A stretch of 60,416 bases of DNA from an uncultured bacterium (GTDB taxonomy: Bacteria; Patescibacteriota; Minisyncoccia; Phycocordibacterales; UBA9973): the NCBI GenBank assembly GCA_903838985.1, contig CAIMAO010000024.1:1-60416 (forward strand), written 5' to 3'. The position numbers and the translations under genes are program-made. Below are positions 46,339 through 56,869 of the stretch, one piece after another. The notes beneath the pieces are model-generated. The model was not told where the DNA came from and did no database searches. It worked only from the letters and a program-made list of their open reading frames with translations. Numbering within the stretch: the stretch's first letter is position 1; every line of letters begins with the position of its first letter.

Positions 46339-49300
46339 TTATTCCTCGTCTGGTGAAATTATTCTACTTTTAAATCCAGTTCCAGCTGGAATTAATCGCC
46401 CGATAATAACATTTTCCTTTAGTCCTCTTAGAGAATCAATTCCTCCTTTAACTGCATTCTCAATAAGAACACGGTTTGTATTTTGGAATGATGCTGCGGA
46501 AAGCCAACTCTTTGTACGCAGAGAAACTTCAGTAATACCTAGAACTATCGTTTCTGCTTTTGCTTCTTTTTCACCATTTTTAGCAACTCTATTGTTTTCT
46601 TCTATAAATGCTGTATTTTCTACGATATCCCCAGCAGAGAAATTAGTTTCGCCTGAATCTTTTATTTTTCTTCGTGAGAACATTTGACGAATTATTATTT
46701 CAGTATGTTTTCTAGAGATAGAAGCACTTTGAAGTTCGTAAACTTTATTTATTTCTCGAATTATATATTCTTCAACTAATTCTTTACCTCCGAATTTAAA
46801 TATTTCTGCAATATCTGCTGATCCATCTGTTAGAAGCTCACCTTTCTTTACTTTTTGACCAACTTTCACTATTGGTGATCTGCGGAATGGTATAAGATAT
46901 TCTATCTCATTTGATTTACCATCAGCTTTGCTGTCTGAAAGTACTTTCATTATTTTTTCTTTTCCGTCTTTATCTTTTATTTCAAAGACTTCGCCATCAG
47001 TTTGAGAAATAATTGCAGGATTTTTTGGAATTCTTCTTTCAAAAATTTCTTCAATACGAGGCAAACCTGTGGTGATATCTGTTCCTGCGACACCTCCAGC
47101 ATGGAATGTACGAAGTGTAAGCTGTGTTCCTGGTTCACCGATAGCTTGAGCAGCAATAATACCTACAGCTTCTCCTAGGGCAACAAGACGATTTCTTCCT
47201 AGGTCTATTCCATAACACATTTGACAAAGTCCATGAACTGTGCGACATGTGAGTGGAGATCGAACAAAAACTTCTTCGAAGCCAGCACCTTCAATGTTGT
47301 AAGCTTCTTCTTTTGTAACCAAAAATCCTTTTTTATAAACTACTTTTCCATCTTTATCTTTTAGATCAGCGGCCAAAACTCTTCCACGAATATTTTTTGA
47401 AAGTGGAATTTCAATTCCAGAAATATTTTCTCTACTTACCATTTTACCTTCTTTAGTGCCACAATCTTCTTCTGTTATGACCACATCTTGAGAAACATCA
47501 ACCAATCTACGAGTCAAATATCCAGCTTTAGCTGTGTTCAATGCTGTATCTGAAGCACCTTTACGAGCACCGTGAGTAGTAACGAAATATTCTATTGGAG
47601 AAAGTCCTTCAAGGTAAGATGGAATAATTGGAAACTCTTGAACCTTACCCTGGTTGTTCTGAATAAGACCTTTCATACCATTCATCTGAAGCAAACTCGT
47701 CATACTACCTCTAGCCCCAGAGATAAATAAATCGTAAGTAGATCCATTTTTTTCCAAACTATTTGGTAAAACTTTTTCTAATTCTTTTTTAGTAGTAGTC
47801 CAAATTTCAATAATTTTTTGATATCTTTCATCTTCAGAGAGTAAACCATCATTCCATTCATTGATTACTTTTTCTTCTAATTTTTTACCTTCAGCTATTA
47901 TAGATGCTTTTTCTACTGGAACTTTTATGTTATCTAATCCCCAAGTAGTACCAGAAATTGTTGAATATTTAAAACCAAAAGATTTTATTCTATCCAAAAT
48001 AGCTGGAGTCTGATCTACACCATAATGCATTATAAGTTCATCAACGAGAGAAGACAATCTTCTTTGGTTCATTTCATCACCTACATAAGAAAAGTCATTT
48101 GGCAAAATACTATTGAAAAGAAGTTTACCAACAGAGGTTTCAAAAATTTCTCCATCAAATTTTTTATATTTAGGATTATCAGTTGCTAAAACTTTTACTT
48201 TTGCACGAAGAGAAACAACACCATATTCATATGCAGTGATAGCAGTGTTTGGACTTGAAAAATATTTACCTTCACCTATTTCTCCATCTACAGATTTTGT
48301 CATCCAATAAGAACCAAGCACCATATCCATTCTAGGGTGAACAATAGGGTCACCATTCTGAGGCTTAAGTAAGTTTTTATTGGCAGCCATTAATTCGCGA
48401 GCTTCATCTTGAGCTTCTTCTAAAAGAGGAACATATACAGCCATCTGGTCCCCGTCGAAGTCAGCGTTGAAAGCCTGACAAACGAGAGGATGAACTTGAA
48501 TAGCATTTCCTTCAATGAGAATAGGGTTGAAAGCTTGAATACCTAAACGGTGAAGTGTGGGTGCGCGATTTAGAAGAACATATTTGCCTTGAATTACTTC
48601 TTCTAACATTGCCCAAACTTCTGGAGTTCTTTCTTCAATAAGCTTGTTTGCTCCACGAATATTGAATGCTAATTCAGCTTGTAAAATTTTAGAAATTACA
48701 AATGGTCTGAAAAGTTCAAGAGCCATATGTTTTGGTAAACCACATTGATTGAGTTTGAGTTCAGGACCAACAACAATAACAGAACGTCCAGAATAGTCTA
48801 CACGTTTACCGAGCAAATTCTGACGAAAAAGACCTTGTTTAGATTTCAAATTGTCAGACAAAGATTTTAGAGGACGCTTTTGAGATTGACTCATTGCAGC
48901 ACTATCATTTTGTTTTGCAATTGAGTTATCAATAAGAGCATCTACTGCTTCCTGAATAATTCTTTTTTCATTTCTTAAAATTACGTCTGGAGCATTTATT
49001 TCTTTTAATTTTTTCAAACGGTTATTTCTGTTTATAACTCGACGATAAAGATCATTTAAGTCTGAAGTAGCATGACGACCTCCATCAAGAGCTACCATTG
49101 GACGTAATACTGGAGGAATAACTGGAATAACTGTTAAAAACATCCATTCTGGTCTTATGTCTGCATAAGTCATAGCACGAATAAGTGAAAGTCTTTTCTG
49201 TAGTTTTTCCTTTTCAATAATACTTGCCTTTTCAAGCATTTTTTCAGTATGAATTTTTAATTTATTCAAATCCAAATTTTTGAAAATAGAATAAATAGCT

Positions 49301-49947
49301 TCAGCTCCGATATTTGCTTCAAAACAAGTACCATATTTCAAAGAATAATGATGAAATGAAATTTCATTCAAAACTTTTCCTTCATAAATTTCTAAAATTT
49401 CTTTTTTAGTAGTAGTGAATAGATTTTTCAATTTCTCACGAGTTTCATCATCAGCAGAATTTTTTAGCTTAGCTTTATATTCTTTTTCTAATCCAGAAAT
49501 AATTATTTCTTTTTCATCTTCGTGAACTTTAGTGATTATGTATCCAGCAAAGTAAATTACTTTTTCAAGGTCAGAAACAGAAATATTCAAAAGAATACTC
49601 ATTCGAGATGGCACCCCTCTTAAGAACCATATATGAGCGACGGGTGTAGAGAGTTCTATGTGTCCCATTCTCTCTCGTCTTACTATAGAACGAGTAACCT
49701 CAACTCCACATTTTTCACAGATGATGTCTTTATAACGGATACGACGATATTTTCCACAGTAACATTCATAATCCTTTTCTGGTCCAAATATTTTCTCATC
49801 AAAAAGACCCCCACGTTCAGATCTACCTGTGCGGTAATTTATTGTTTCAGGCTTAGTGACCTCTCCATAAGACCATTCTTTTATTTGTTCTGGAGAAGCA
49901 AGCTTAAGTGAAATATAATCAAAATCTGTTTTATTTAATGTTTTCAT
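46339..49947 (-). CDS. rpoC: RNA polymerase beta' subunit
   Basis: NADFDGD, GKRVDYSGRS, TQLTLRTFH. Confidence 0.99.
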   Translation of the reverse strand: MKTLNKTDFDYISLKLASPEQIKEWSYGEVTKPETINYRTGRSERGGLFDEKIFGPEKDYECYCGKYRRIRYKDIICEKCGVEVTRSIVRRERMGHIELSTPVAHIWFLRGVPSRMSILLNISVSDLEKVIYFAGYIITKVHEDEKEIIISGLEKEYKAKLKNSADDETREKLKNLFTTTKKEILEIYEGKVLNEISFHHYSLKYGTCFEANIGAEAIYSIFKNLDLNKLKIHTEKMLEKASIIEKEKLQKRLSLIRAMTYADIRPEWMFLTVIPVIPPVLRPMVALDGGRHATSDLNDLYRRVINRNNRLKKLKEINAPDVILRNEKRIIQEAVDALIDNSIAKQNDSAAMSQSQKRPLKSLSDNLKSKQGLFRQNLLGKRVDYSGRSVIVVGPELKLNQCGLPKHMALELFRPFVISKILQAELAFNIRGANKLIEERTPEVWAMLEEVIQGKYVLLNRAPTLHRLGIQAFNPILIEGNAIQVHPLVCQAFNADFDGDQMAVYVPLLEEAQDEARELMAANKNLLKPQNGDPIVHPRMDMVLGSYWMTKSVDGEIGEGKYFSSPNTAITAYEYGVVSLRAKVKVLATDNPKYKKFDGEIFETSVGKLLFNSILPNDFSYVGDEMNQRRLSSLVDELIMHYGVDQTPAILDRIKSFGFKYSTISGTTWGLDNIKVPVEKASIIAEGKKLEEKVINEWNDGLLSEDERYQKIIEIWTTTKKELEKVLPNSLEKNGSTYDLFISGARGSMTSLLQMNGMKGLIQNNQGKVQEFPIIPSYLEGLSPIEYFVTTHGARKGASDTALNTAKAGYLTRRLVDVSQDVVITEEDCGTKEGKMVSRENISGIEIPLSKNIRGRVLAADLKDKDGKVVYKKGFLVTKEEAYNIEGAGFEEVFVRSPLTCRTVHGLCQMCYGIDLGRNRLVALGEAVGIIAAQAIGEPGTQLTLRTFHAGGVAGTDITTGLPRIEEIFERRIPKNPAIISQTDGEVFEIKDKDGKEKIMKVLSDSKADGKSNEIEYLIPFRRSPIVKVGQKVKKGELLTDGSADIAEIFKFGGKELVEEYIIREINKVYELQSASISRKHTEIIIRQMFSRRKIKDSGETNFSAGDIVENTAFIEENNRVAKNGEKEAKAETIVLGITEVSLRTKSWLSAASFQNTNRVLIENAVKGGIDSLRGLKENVIIGRLIPAGTGFKSRIISPDEE

Positions 49948-52900
49948 ATTTTTTTAGGTTAACATCAAGCGCAAGTCCTCTCAAATAATTTAGCAATACA
50001 TTGAATGATGCTGGAGAATTTGGTGCTTTAATGACTTCATTTTTGATAATAGAATCAAATGTCTGAGAACGACCTAATATGTCATCAGACTTAATTGTAA
50101 GCATTTCTCTTAATGTGTAAGCTGCTCCATAACCTTCGAGTGCCCAGACTTCCATTTCTCCGAATCTCTGTCCTCCACCTTGAGCTTTTCCGCCGAGTGG
50201 TTGTTGAGTAATGAGCGAGTACGGTCCGATCGAACGCATATGTATTTTATCTTCCACCATGTGGTGAAGTTTCAACATATACATATAACCGACTGCAATA
50301 TCTTGTTCAAATGGTTCACCAGTGCGTCCATCAAAAAGTTTTAATTTACCACTTTCTGGGAATCCTGCTTTTTTCAATTCACCTTTTATTTCATCTTGTC
50401 CTGCTCCTAAGAATGGAGGAACAATTGCTTGATATCCTAATGTATTAGCTGCCATACCAAGATGTATTTCCAAAATCTGTCCCAGGTTCATACGAGAAGG
50501 AACACCGAGCGGTGAAAGTATGATATCTACTGGTGTACCATCTGCTGCATAAGGCATATCTTCTTCTGGAAGAATTCTTGAAATGACACCTTTATTTCCA
50601 TGTCTTCCTGAAAGTTTATCTCCAACAGAAATATTTCGAACTTGTGCAACTTCGATAACAATCTTTTTGATTATTCCTGCTTCAAGTGTGTGACCTAAAT
50701 CTCGAGAGAAAATTTTAACACCAATAATACGTCCGCGTTTGCCGTGTTCCATACGAAGTGATGTGTCTTTTACATCACGTGCCTTTTCAGCAAAGATAGA
50801 ACGAAGCAATCTTTCTTCTGGAGTAAGTTCTGTTTCCCCTTTTGGAGTGATTTTGCCGATCAAAATATCATTCTCTCTAACTTCAGCTCCAATGCGCACA
50901 ATACCATCTTCATCCAAATCTTTTAATTTTAATTCTCCCACGTTTGGTATATCACGAGTTGTGATTTCTGGTCCTAGTTTTGTATCACGAACTGTACAAA
51001 CGAATTCTTCAACATAAATACTTGTAAATTTACTTTTCTTCACAAGACGTTCTGAAATTATTATAGCGTCTTCATAGTTTGAACCAGACCAAGACAAGAA
51101 AGCTACGAAAACATTTTGACCGACAGAAATCTGTCCACCCACTGTACTTGTAGTATCAGCCAACACTTCACCTTTCTTTACTTTTTGACCAACATCCACA
51201 GATGGACGTTGATGAAATGCAGAAAAGTTATTATTTCTTAAATAATTTACAAGTGGATAAGTTAATTCTCTTTTCCCTTTTACTACTATTTTCTTAGCAT
51301 CTAAGTAAGATACAACACCTTCTTCTTCTGATATCACCATTCTGCCTGTATCTCGAGAAGCTAGTGATTCGATGCCTGTAGCTACGAGTGGTGCTTCAGG
51401 AAGCACACAAGGAACAGCTTGTTTCTGCATATTACTTCCCATGAGTGCACGGTTCGCATCGTTGTGTTCCAAGAAAGGAATCATAGAAGTTGCAACAGAA
51501 AAAGCTTGGTTTGCAGCAACATCAATAAAATCAACTTCTTCAGTAGCTATCATTCCTGCTTGGGTTTTTACTCTAGCTGCAACTTTCTTTTCAGTTATTT
51601 TTCCATTTTCATCATAAGGAATACCAGCATGTGCAATGTTGTATTTTTCTTCTTCAAGAGCATTTAAATATTGAACTTCTCCTGTTATTTTTCCATTTTT
51701 TACTTTTATGTAAGGAGTTTCAATAATTCCAAAATCATTTATTTTTGCATAAGTAGATAAGTGTAAAATAAGTCCGATGTTTGGACCTTCTGGTGTATGT
51801 ATAGGACAAACTCTTCCATAGTGAGAAGGATGCACGTCACGAACTTCCAGTCCTGCACGTTCACGAGTAAGTCCTCCTGGACCGAGCGCAGAAAGTAAAC
51901 GAATGTGTTCCATTTCTGCCAACACATTTTCCTGACTCATAAATTGTGAAAGTTGGTTTGTTGTGAAAAATTCTTTTATACGAGCTTGAAGTGGACGTTG
52001 GTTGATTATGTGTATAGGCAATGCTGTATCAACATCAATAATAGACATTCTATCTTGAATGTTTCTTTTAATTTGCATCATACCTGTACGAATTTTTTGT
52101 TGAAGCATTTCTCCAACAAAACGAACACGTCTCTGACCTAAGTGATCAATATCATCAGACTTTGCTCCTACTGTATTATTCAAAACAATAATATTTTTTA
52201 TTACTGTCATTAAATCTTCTTTAGAAATAGTCCTGCGAGCAAGCTCTGTTTCGTCTTGAGGTTTTTCAAAACGCTTATTGAATCTGTATCTTCCTACTGG
52301 AGAAAGGTCATATCGTTCAGCCGTAAACAAAGAATTAATAAATTCTTTAGCGTTTTCAGGAGTTGCCATGTCTCCATCTCTTAAGCGTTTATATATTTCA
52401 ATATATGCATCATTTAATGTTTTAGCTACATCTTTTGCAAGACAAGCTTCTATAGCATCTTTACAGACAGTGTCTGATTCAAATGCCTTTAACATTGCTT
52501 CGTTTGTGCCATAACCCATCACACGCAAAAGTGCAGTTGCTGGGAATTTTCTTTTTTTATCAATTCTGACATACATTGCTCCATCAGCTTCTGACTCTAT
52601 TTCAATCCAAACTCCACGTGCTGGAATTATTTTTGCACCAAAATATCTCTTGCCTTTGTTTTCAGACTCTGTAAAGAAAACTCCGAAAGAACGTGCAAGT
52701 TGTGGCACTATAATACGCTCTACTCCATTTATTATGAATGTTCCGTGTGGAGTCATTAAAGGAAGTTCAGACATAAAAATCTCCTGTTCCTTAACAGTTC
52801 CTAAAATTTTATTTGTTAACTTCACACGAGTCTTAAGAAGACCCTGATATGAAAGTTTATTTACCTTAGCTTCATTTTCTGCACAGTTTGCTTCACCGAG

Positions 52901-53098
52901 AGAAAAAGATGTAAACTCAAGCTCAAACTTTTTTCCAGAATAATCTATGATTGGAGAAAATTCTTTAAAAACTTCTTTAATACCTTCCGCTACGAGCCAC
53001 TTGTAGGACTTCGTCTGAGCTTCAATCAAATTTGGAAACTCAATCAAAGGATCCTTGTGCCTCGCAAAATACTTCTTAGGACGCTTTTCTGTTTGCAT
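49931..53098 (-). CDS. rpoB: RNA polymerase beta subunit
   Basis: GDKLSGRHGNKG, GGQRFGEME, TPEGPNIGL; start MQTEK. Confidence 0.99.
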   Translation of the reverse strand: MQTEKRPKKYFARHKDPLIEFPNLIEAQTKSYKWLVAEGIKEVFKEFSPIIDYSGKKFELEFTSFSLGEANCAENEAKVNKLSYQGLLKTRVKLTNKILGTVKEQEIFMSELPLMTPHGTFIINGVERIIVPQLARSFGVFFTESENKGKRYFGAKIIPARGVWIEIESEADGAMYVRIDKKRKFPATALLRVMGYGTNEAMLKAFESDTVCKDAIEACLAKDVAKTLNDAYIEIYKRLRDGDMATPENAKEFINSLFTAERYDLSPVGRYRFNKRFEKPQDETELARRTISKEDLMTVIKNIIVLNNTVGAKSDDIDHLGQRRVRFVGEMLQQKIRTGMMQIKRNIQDRMSIIDVDTALPIHIINQRPLQARIKEFFTTNQLSQFMSQENVLAEMEHIRLLSALGPGGLTRERAGLEVRDVHPSHYGRVCPIHTPEGPNIGLILHLSTYAKINDFGIIETPYIKVKNGKITGEVQYLNALEEEKYNIAHAGIPYDENGKITEKKVAARVKTQAGMIATEEVDFIDVAANQAFSVATSMIPFLEHNDANRALMGSNMQKQAVPCVLPEAPLVATGIESLASRDTGRMVISEEEGVVSYLDAKKIVVKGKRELTYPLVNYLRNNNFSAFHQRPSVDVGQKVKKGEVLADTTSTVGGQISVGQNVFVAFLSWSGSNYEDAIIISERLVKKSKFTSIYVEEFVCTVRDTKLGPEITTRDIPNVGELKLKDLDEDGIVRIGAEVRENDILIGKITPKGETELTPEERLLRSIFAEKARDVKDTSLRMEHGKRGRIIGVKIFSRDLGHTLEAGIIKKIVIEVAQVRNISVGDKLSGRHGNKGVISRILPEEDMPYAADGTPVDIILSPLGVPSRMNLGQILEIHLGMAANTLGYQAIVPPFLGAGQDEIKGELKKAGFPESGKLKLFDGRTGEPFEQDIAVGYMYMLKLHHMVEDKIHMRSIGPYSLITQQPLGGKAQGGGQRFGEMEVWALEGYGAAYTLREMLTIKSDDILGRSQTFDSIIKNEVIKAPNSPASFNVLLNYLRGLALDVNLKKYENIK

Positions 53099-53323
53099 AG
53101 TTTTTTGCTTTATCAAAAACAAACACAAATAAATGAAAAGACAAAAAGAAAAGTTAGAGCAAAACGCTTCTTTTTATTTTTTCGCAATATTTTATTTATT
53201 TCGGATACTGATTAATTTAATGCCTAATAATAAGCCTATTAATACTATTGGAGATACATCCGAAACTCAATCAATCTCTTAAAGACAAGTATACTTATTT
53301 TTTATCTTTTGTCAAATATACAT

Positions 53324-54013
53324 CTATTTAGTCCCTTTTTTCCACTCCTCAATTTTTTTATGATCTCCAGATAAAAGCACTTTTGGAACTTTATAATTTT
53401 TATTATTATATTTTAAAACTTCTGGTCTAGTATAAACTTCACTTGAAGAAACTCTTTCTTCTTCTAGAGATTCATAATTTCCAAGCACACCTTCTATTTG
53501 TCTAGAAACGCAGTCTACTAAAATCATCGCTGGAAGTTCGCCTCCAGTTAATACATAATCCCCTATTGAGATTTTTTTTGTTTTTAAAATTTTGTCTACA
53601 CGTGCATCAATACCTTCATATCTTCCACAAATCAAAATAATATCTGTATATTTTTTAGAAATAGTTTTTGCATAACTTGTAGTAAATTTTTCTGCACTTG
53701 GAATAAAATTAATAGTTAAAATTTTATTCTTTTTTGATTTAGCCTCGCCCGTATGGCTATGGCCAAGGGATATTTTTTTATAAATAAAATCAAAAGCCTT
53801 AAGTAAGGGCTCAGCTCTCATTACCATACCCGGACCACCACCATAAGGTTTATCATCTACAGGTTTATAGTTGTTTTTAGGAGCTTTTATAAAATCTCTA
53901 GGATTATAAAACTTAATAGAAATAATCTTGTTTTTAATAGCTCGCCCAATAATAGACTCATTTAAATATGAATCAAAAATGTCTGGGAAAATTGTAATAA
54001 TGTGAAAACGCAT
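53324..54013 (-). CDS. trmD: tRNA (guanine-N1)-methyltransferase
   Basis: VDDKPYGGGPGM, CGRYEGID, SIGDYVLTGGE. Confidence 0.97.
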   Translation of the reverse strand: MRFHIITIFPDIFDSYLNESIIGRAIKNKIISIKFYNPRDFIKAPKNNYKPVDDKPYGGGPGMVMRAEPLLKAFDFIYKKISLGHSHTGEAKSKKNKILTINFIPSAEKFTTSYAKTISKKYTDIILICGRYEGIDARVDKILKTKKISIGDYVLTGGELPAMILVDCVSRQIEGVLGNYESLEEERVSSSEVYTRPEVLKYNNKNYKVPKVLLSGDHKKIEEWKKGTK

Positions 54014-54073
54014 ATAAATTATCATACACTAAAAGAGCCCCGACCAACAAGTCGGGGCTCTTTTTCAAAAAAA

Positions 54074-54400
54074 CTAAATTCCTTTTAAGTCTTCCATTGC
54101 TTGATCAACAGTTTTCGTTGCATTTGAAGAAGTACTTACTGGTCTTACACTTCCTTCTGGTTCGTTAATCTTCAAGTTTACACGAGCATTGTTCTTCATA
54201 CCTATTATTCTTAATAAGGTACGAATTGCTTTTGCTGTGTTTCCCATTCTTCCAATAATCTTACCCATATCGGCAGGATTTACTGTAAGAGAAATTAACA
54301 CACCCATCTCGTCGACAGTACGATCGAGTTTTACATCGTTCGGATTATCAACTAAAGCTTTGACTACGTACTCTAGAAATTCTTTATCAGCGTCATGCAT
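54074..54400 (-). CDS. khpA: KH domain RNA-binding protein
   Basis: 'DMGKIIGR.G.TAKAIRTLL'; follows rpsP. Confidence 0.9.
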   Translation of the reverse strand: MHDADKEFLEYVVKALVDNPNDVKLDRTVDEMGVLISLTVNPADMGKIIGRMGNTAKAIRTLLRIIGMKNNARVNLKINEPEGSVRPVSTSSNATKTVDQAMEDLKGI

Positions 54401-54572
54401 AGTATTCAGAGATAAATATTTTATTTTTAATATAATGCAGTGTTACGACCCACTACTGCTTGCGGTAAATTATATCAATAAATGAGGATCATAAGCAAAC
54501 TTATTTGCTTAATGTCCGAATGCCATTGATATATGGTAATCCATATATCAACAAGTGAGGATTCTTAGCAAA

Positions 54573-54881
54573 TTATTTCTTTGCTTTCAATTCTTTTCTT
54601 TTTATAGTTGGAGATTTTTTAGGTAATACATTTTTTTTCTTACCTTCAACAACTTTTTGATGTACCATAAAATTGTGCATTGTATCAGAAAGTTGAGCAC
54701 CTTTTGAAACCCAATATTTTATTCTATCAGCCTTAAAACTAGTCTCACCTGCTTTTGGATTATAAGTACCAACTATTTCTAAAAACTTTCCACTTTTTGT
54801 ACTGTTTTTAGAATCGGTCAAAACTGCCCGAAATGATGGGTCATTCTTTCTACCTATTCTTTGTAATCTAATTTTTAACAT
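54573..54881 (-). CDS. rpsP: 30S ribosomal protein S16
   Basis: MLKIRLQRIG, 'GTYNP', 'W..KGAQ.S'. Confidence 0.97.
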   Translation of the reverse strand: MLKIRLQRIGRKNDPSFRAVLTDSKNSTKSGKFLEIVGTYNPKAGETSFKADRIKYWVSKGAQLSDTMHNFMVHQKVVEGKKKNVLPKKSPTIKRKELKAKK

Positions 54882-54943
54882 AATGACAGTCTAACATAAT
54901 TCCCTAAAAAGGCAAATAGAAAAATTTATGTTATATTAAAAGA

Positions 54944-56869
54944 GTGAAAAAGAAAACAAAAAAATTTGAAAAGGTCTTACAAGGTGTAATATCAATTTCT
55001 TCTAAAGGTACTGGCTATATAAAAGTCCCTGACCAAGAAGAAGATATAGAAATTGAACATAAAGACTTAAATACTGCTCTCCATAATGACACAGTTGAAT
55101 TTTCAATAAACCCAAAAGGTGGTGGACGTAGAACTGGAGAAGTTAACAAAATAATATCACGTGCAAAAATTGGTTTTTCTGGAGTATTAGAAAAAGAAAA
55201 AGGTGCATTCTTCCTAAAACCAGATGACACAAAAATGTACACAGACATTTTAATTTCGGAGAAAAATTTAAATGGAGCAAAAATTGGTCAAAAAATTTAT
55301 GTAGAAATAATTTCTTGGCAAGATTCTGAAAAAGCGCCAGAAGGTAAAGTTTTAAAAATATTAGGTAAACCTGGCGAAAATAATGCAGAAATGCATGCCA
55401 TAGCAATAGAGAAAGGTTTTGACAATGACTTCCCTATAAAAGTTGAAGAAGAAGCATTAAAAATAAAAAACTCTGGAATCAAAGCTGAAGACTATAAAGA
55501 CAGAAGAGATTTCAGAAAAATTTTAACTTTCACAATTGATCCAGAAGATGCAAAAGATTTCGATGATGCTTTGTCTTTTAGAGAAAATGGTAAAGATGAA
55601 TATGAAATAGGCATACATATAGCTGATGTTACACATTATGTAAAAATAGGTAGCGAACTTGATCGTGAAGCAAAAAAAAGAGGCACCTCAGTATATTTAG
55701 TAGATAGAACAATACCCATGCTTCCAGAAGAACTTTCAAATGATTTATGCTCACTCGTTCCAAATAAAGATAGACTCACAATGAGCGCCGTATTTACTCT
55801 AGATAAAAATGCAAATGTTAAAAATTCTTGGTTTGGACCAACTATCATACACTCACAAAAAAGATTCACTTATGAAGAAGCAGAAGAGTCTATAAAAAAA
55901 GAAACTTTACCACTTCACAAAGAACTTTCTATTTTAAACACTTTGGCAAAAAAATTAAATAAAGAAAGATTTGCAAATGGTGCAATATCACTCGAACAAG
56001 AAGAAGTAAAATTTGTTTTAGATAAAGATGGAAAACCAATAAAAGTAATCAAAAAAGTACGTGGTGATTCAAACAAGTTAATTGAAGAATTTATGCTTTT
56101 AGCAAATAAAAAAGTCGCTGAAACTATTTCTAAGGGAACAAAAAAAGAAGGTGGCGTTTTTGTGTATCGCATACATGACAACCCAAGCAAAGAGAAAATG
56201 ACAGATTTAGCTTTTTTCTTAAGAGGCCTCGGACACAAGATATCTTTAATAGATGGAATGATACCAACAAAAGAAATAAATACACTTTTAAAAAGTCTAG
56301 AAGGCAAAAACGAAGAAAACACAGTGAATCGTGCTGTAATACGTTCAATGGCAAAAGCAATTTATTCTACAAAAAATGTCGGGCATTACGGCTTGGCTTT
56401 TGAATATTATGCTCACTTCACTTCCCCGATAAGACGATACCCAGATATAGTAGTACACAGACTTTTAAATGATTATTTGAAAGGTGTAAAAGTCGGCAAA
56501 GAAAAATTAAACATTTATGAAGAGATATCAAGATATTCTTCAGAAAGAGAAAAATTTGCTTCTGATGCTGAGAGATCATCTATCAAATATAAACAAGTGG
56601 AATATATGTCTTCTCGTCTTGGTCAAAAATTTGAAGGTATAATAAGCGGAATCACAGAATGGGGTATATATGTAGAAGAAATTGGGACAAAATGTGAAGG
56701 CTTAATACGAGTGCGAGATTTAGAAGACGACTATTATATTTTTAATGAAAAAAAATTAGAATTAGTAGGACAGAAAAAAAAGAAAAAATATCGCTTGGGT
56801 GATAAAATAAAAATTAAGGTAAAAAGTGTTGATTTAGAAAAGAAAACAATAGATTATACATTAGCATGA
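54944..56869 (+). CDS. rnr: Ribonuclease R
   Basis: TIDPEDAKDFDDA, HFTSPIRRYPD, C-terminal S1 domain. Confidence 0.95.
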   Translation: MKKKTKKFEKVLQGVISISSKGTGYIKVPDQEEDIEIEHKDLNTALHNDTVEFSINPKGGGRRTGEVNKIISRAKIGFSGVLEKEKGAFFLKPDDTKMYTDILISEKNLNGAKIGQKIYVEIISWQDSEKAPEGKVLKILGKPGENNAEMHAIAIEKGFDNDFPIKVEEEALKIKNSGIKAEDYKDRRDFRKILTFTIDPEDAKDFDDALSFRENGKDEYEIGIHIADVTHYVKIGSELDREAKKRGTSVYLVDRTIPMLPEELSNDLCSLVPNKDRLTMSAVFTLDKNANVKNSWFGPTIIHSQKRFTYEEAEESIKKETLPLHKELSILNTLAKKLNKERFANGAISLEQEEVKFVLDKDGKPIKVIKKVRGDSNKLIEEFMLLANKKVAETISKGTKKEGGVFVYRIHDNPSKEKMTDLAFFLRGLGHKISLIDGMIPTKEINTLLKSLEGKNEENTVNRAVIRSMAKAIYSTKNVGHYGLAFEYYAHFTSPIRRYPDIVVHRLLNDYLKGVKVGKEKLNIYEEISRYSSEREKFASDAERSSIKYKQVEYMSSRLGQKFEGIISGITEWGIYVEEIGTKCEGLIRVRDLEDDYYIFNEKKLELVGQKKKKKYRLGDKIKIKVKSVDLEKKTIDYTLA

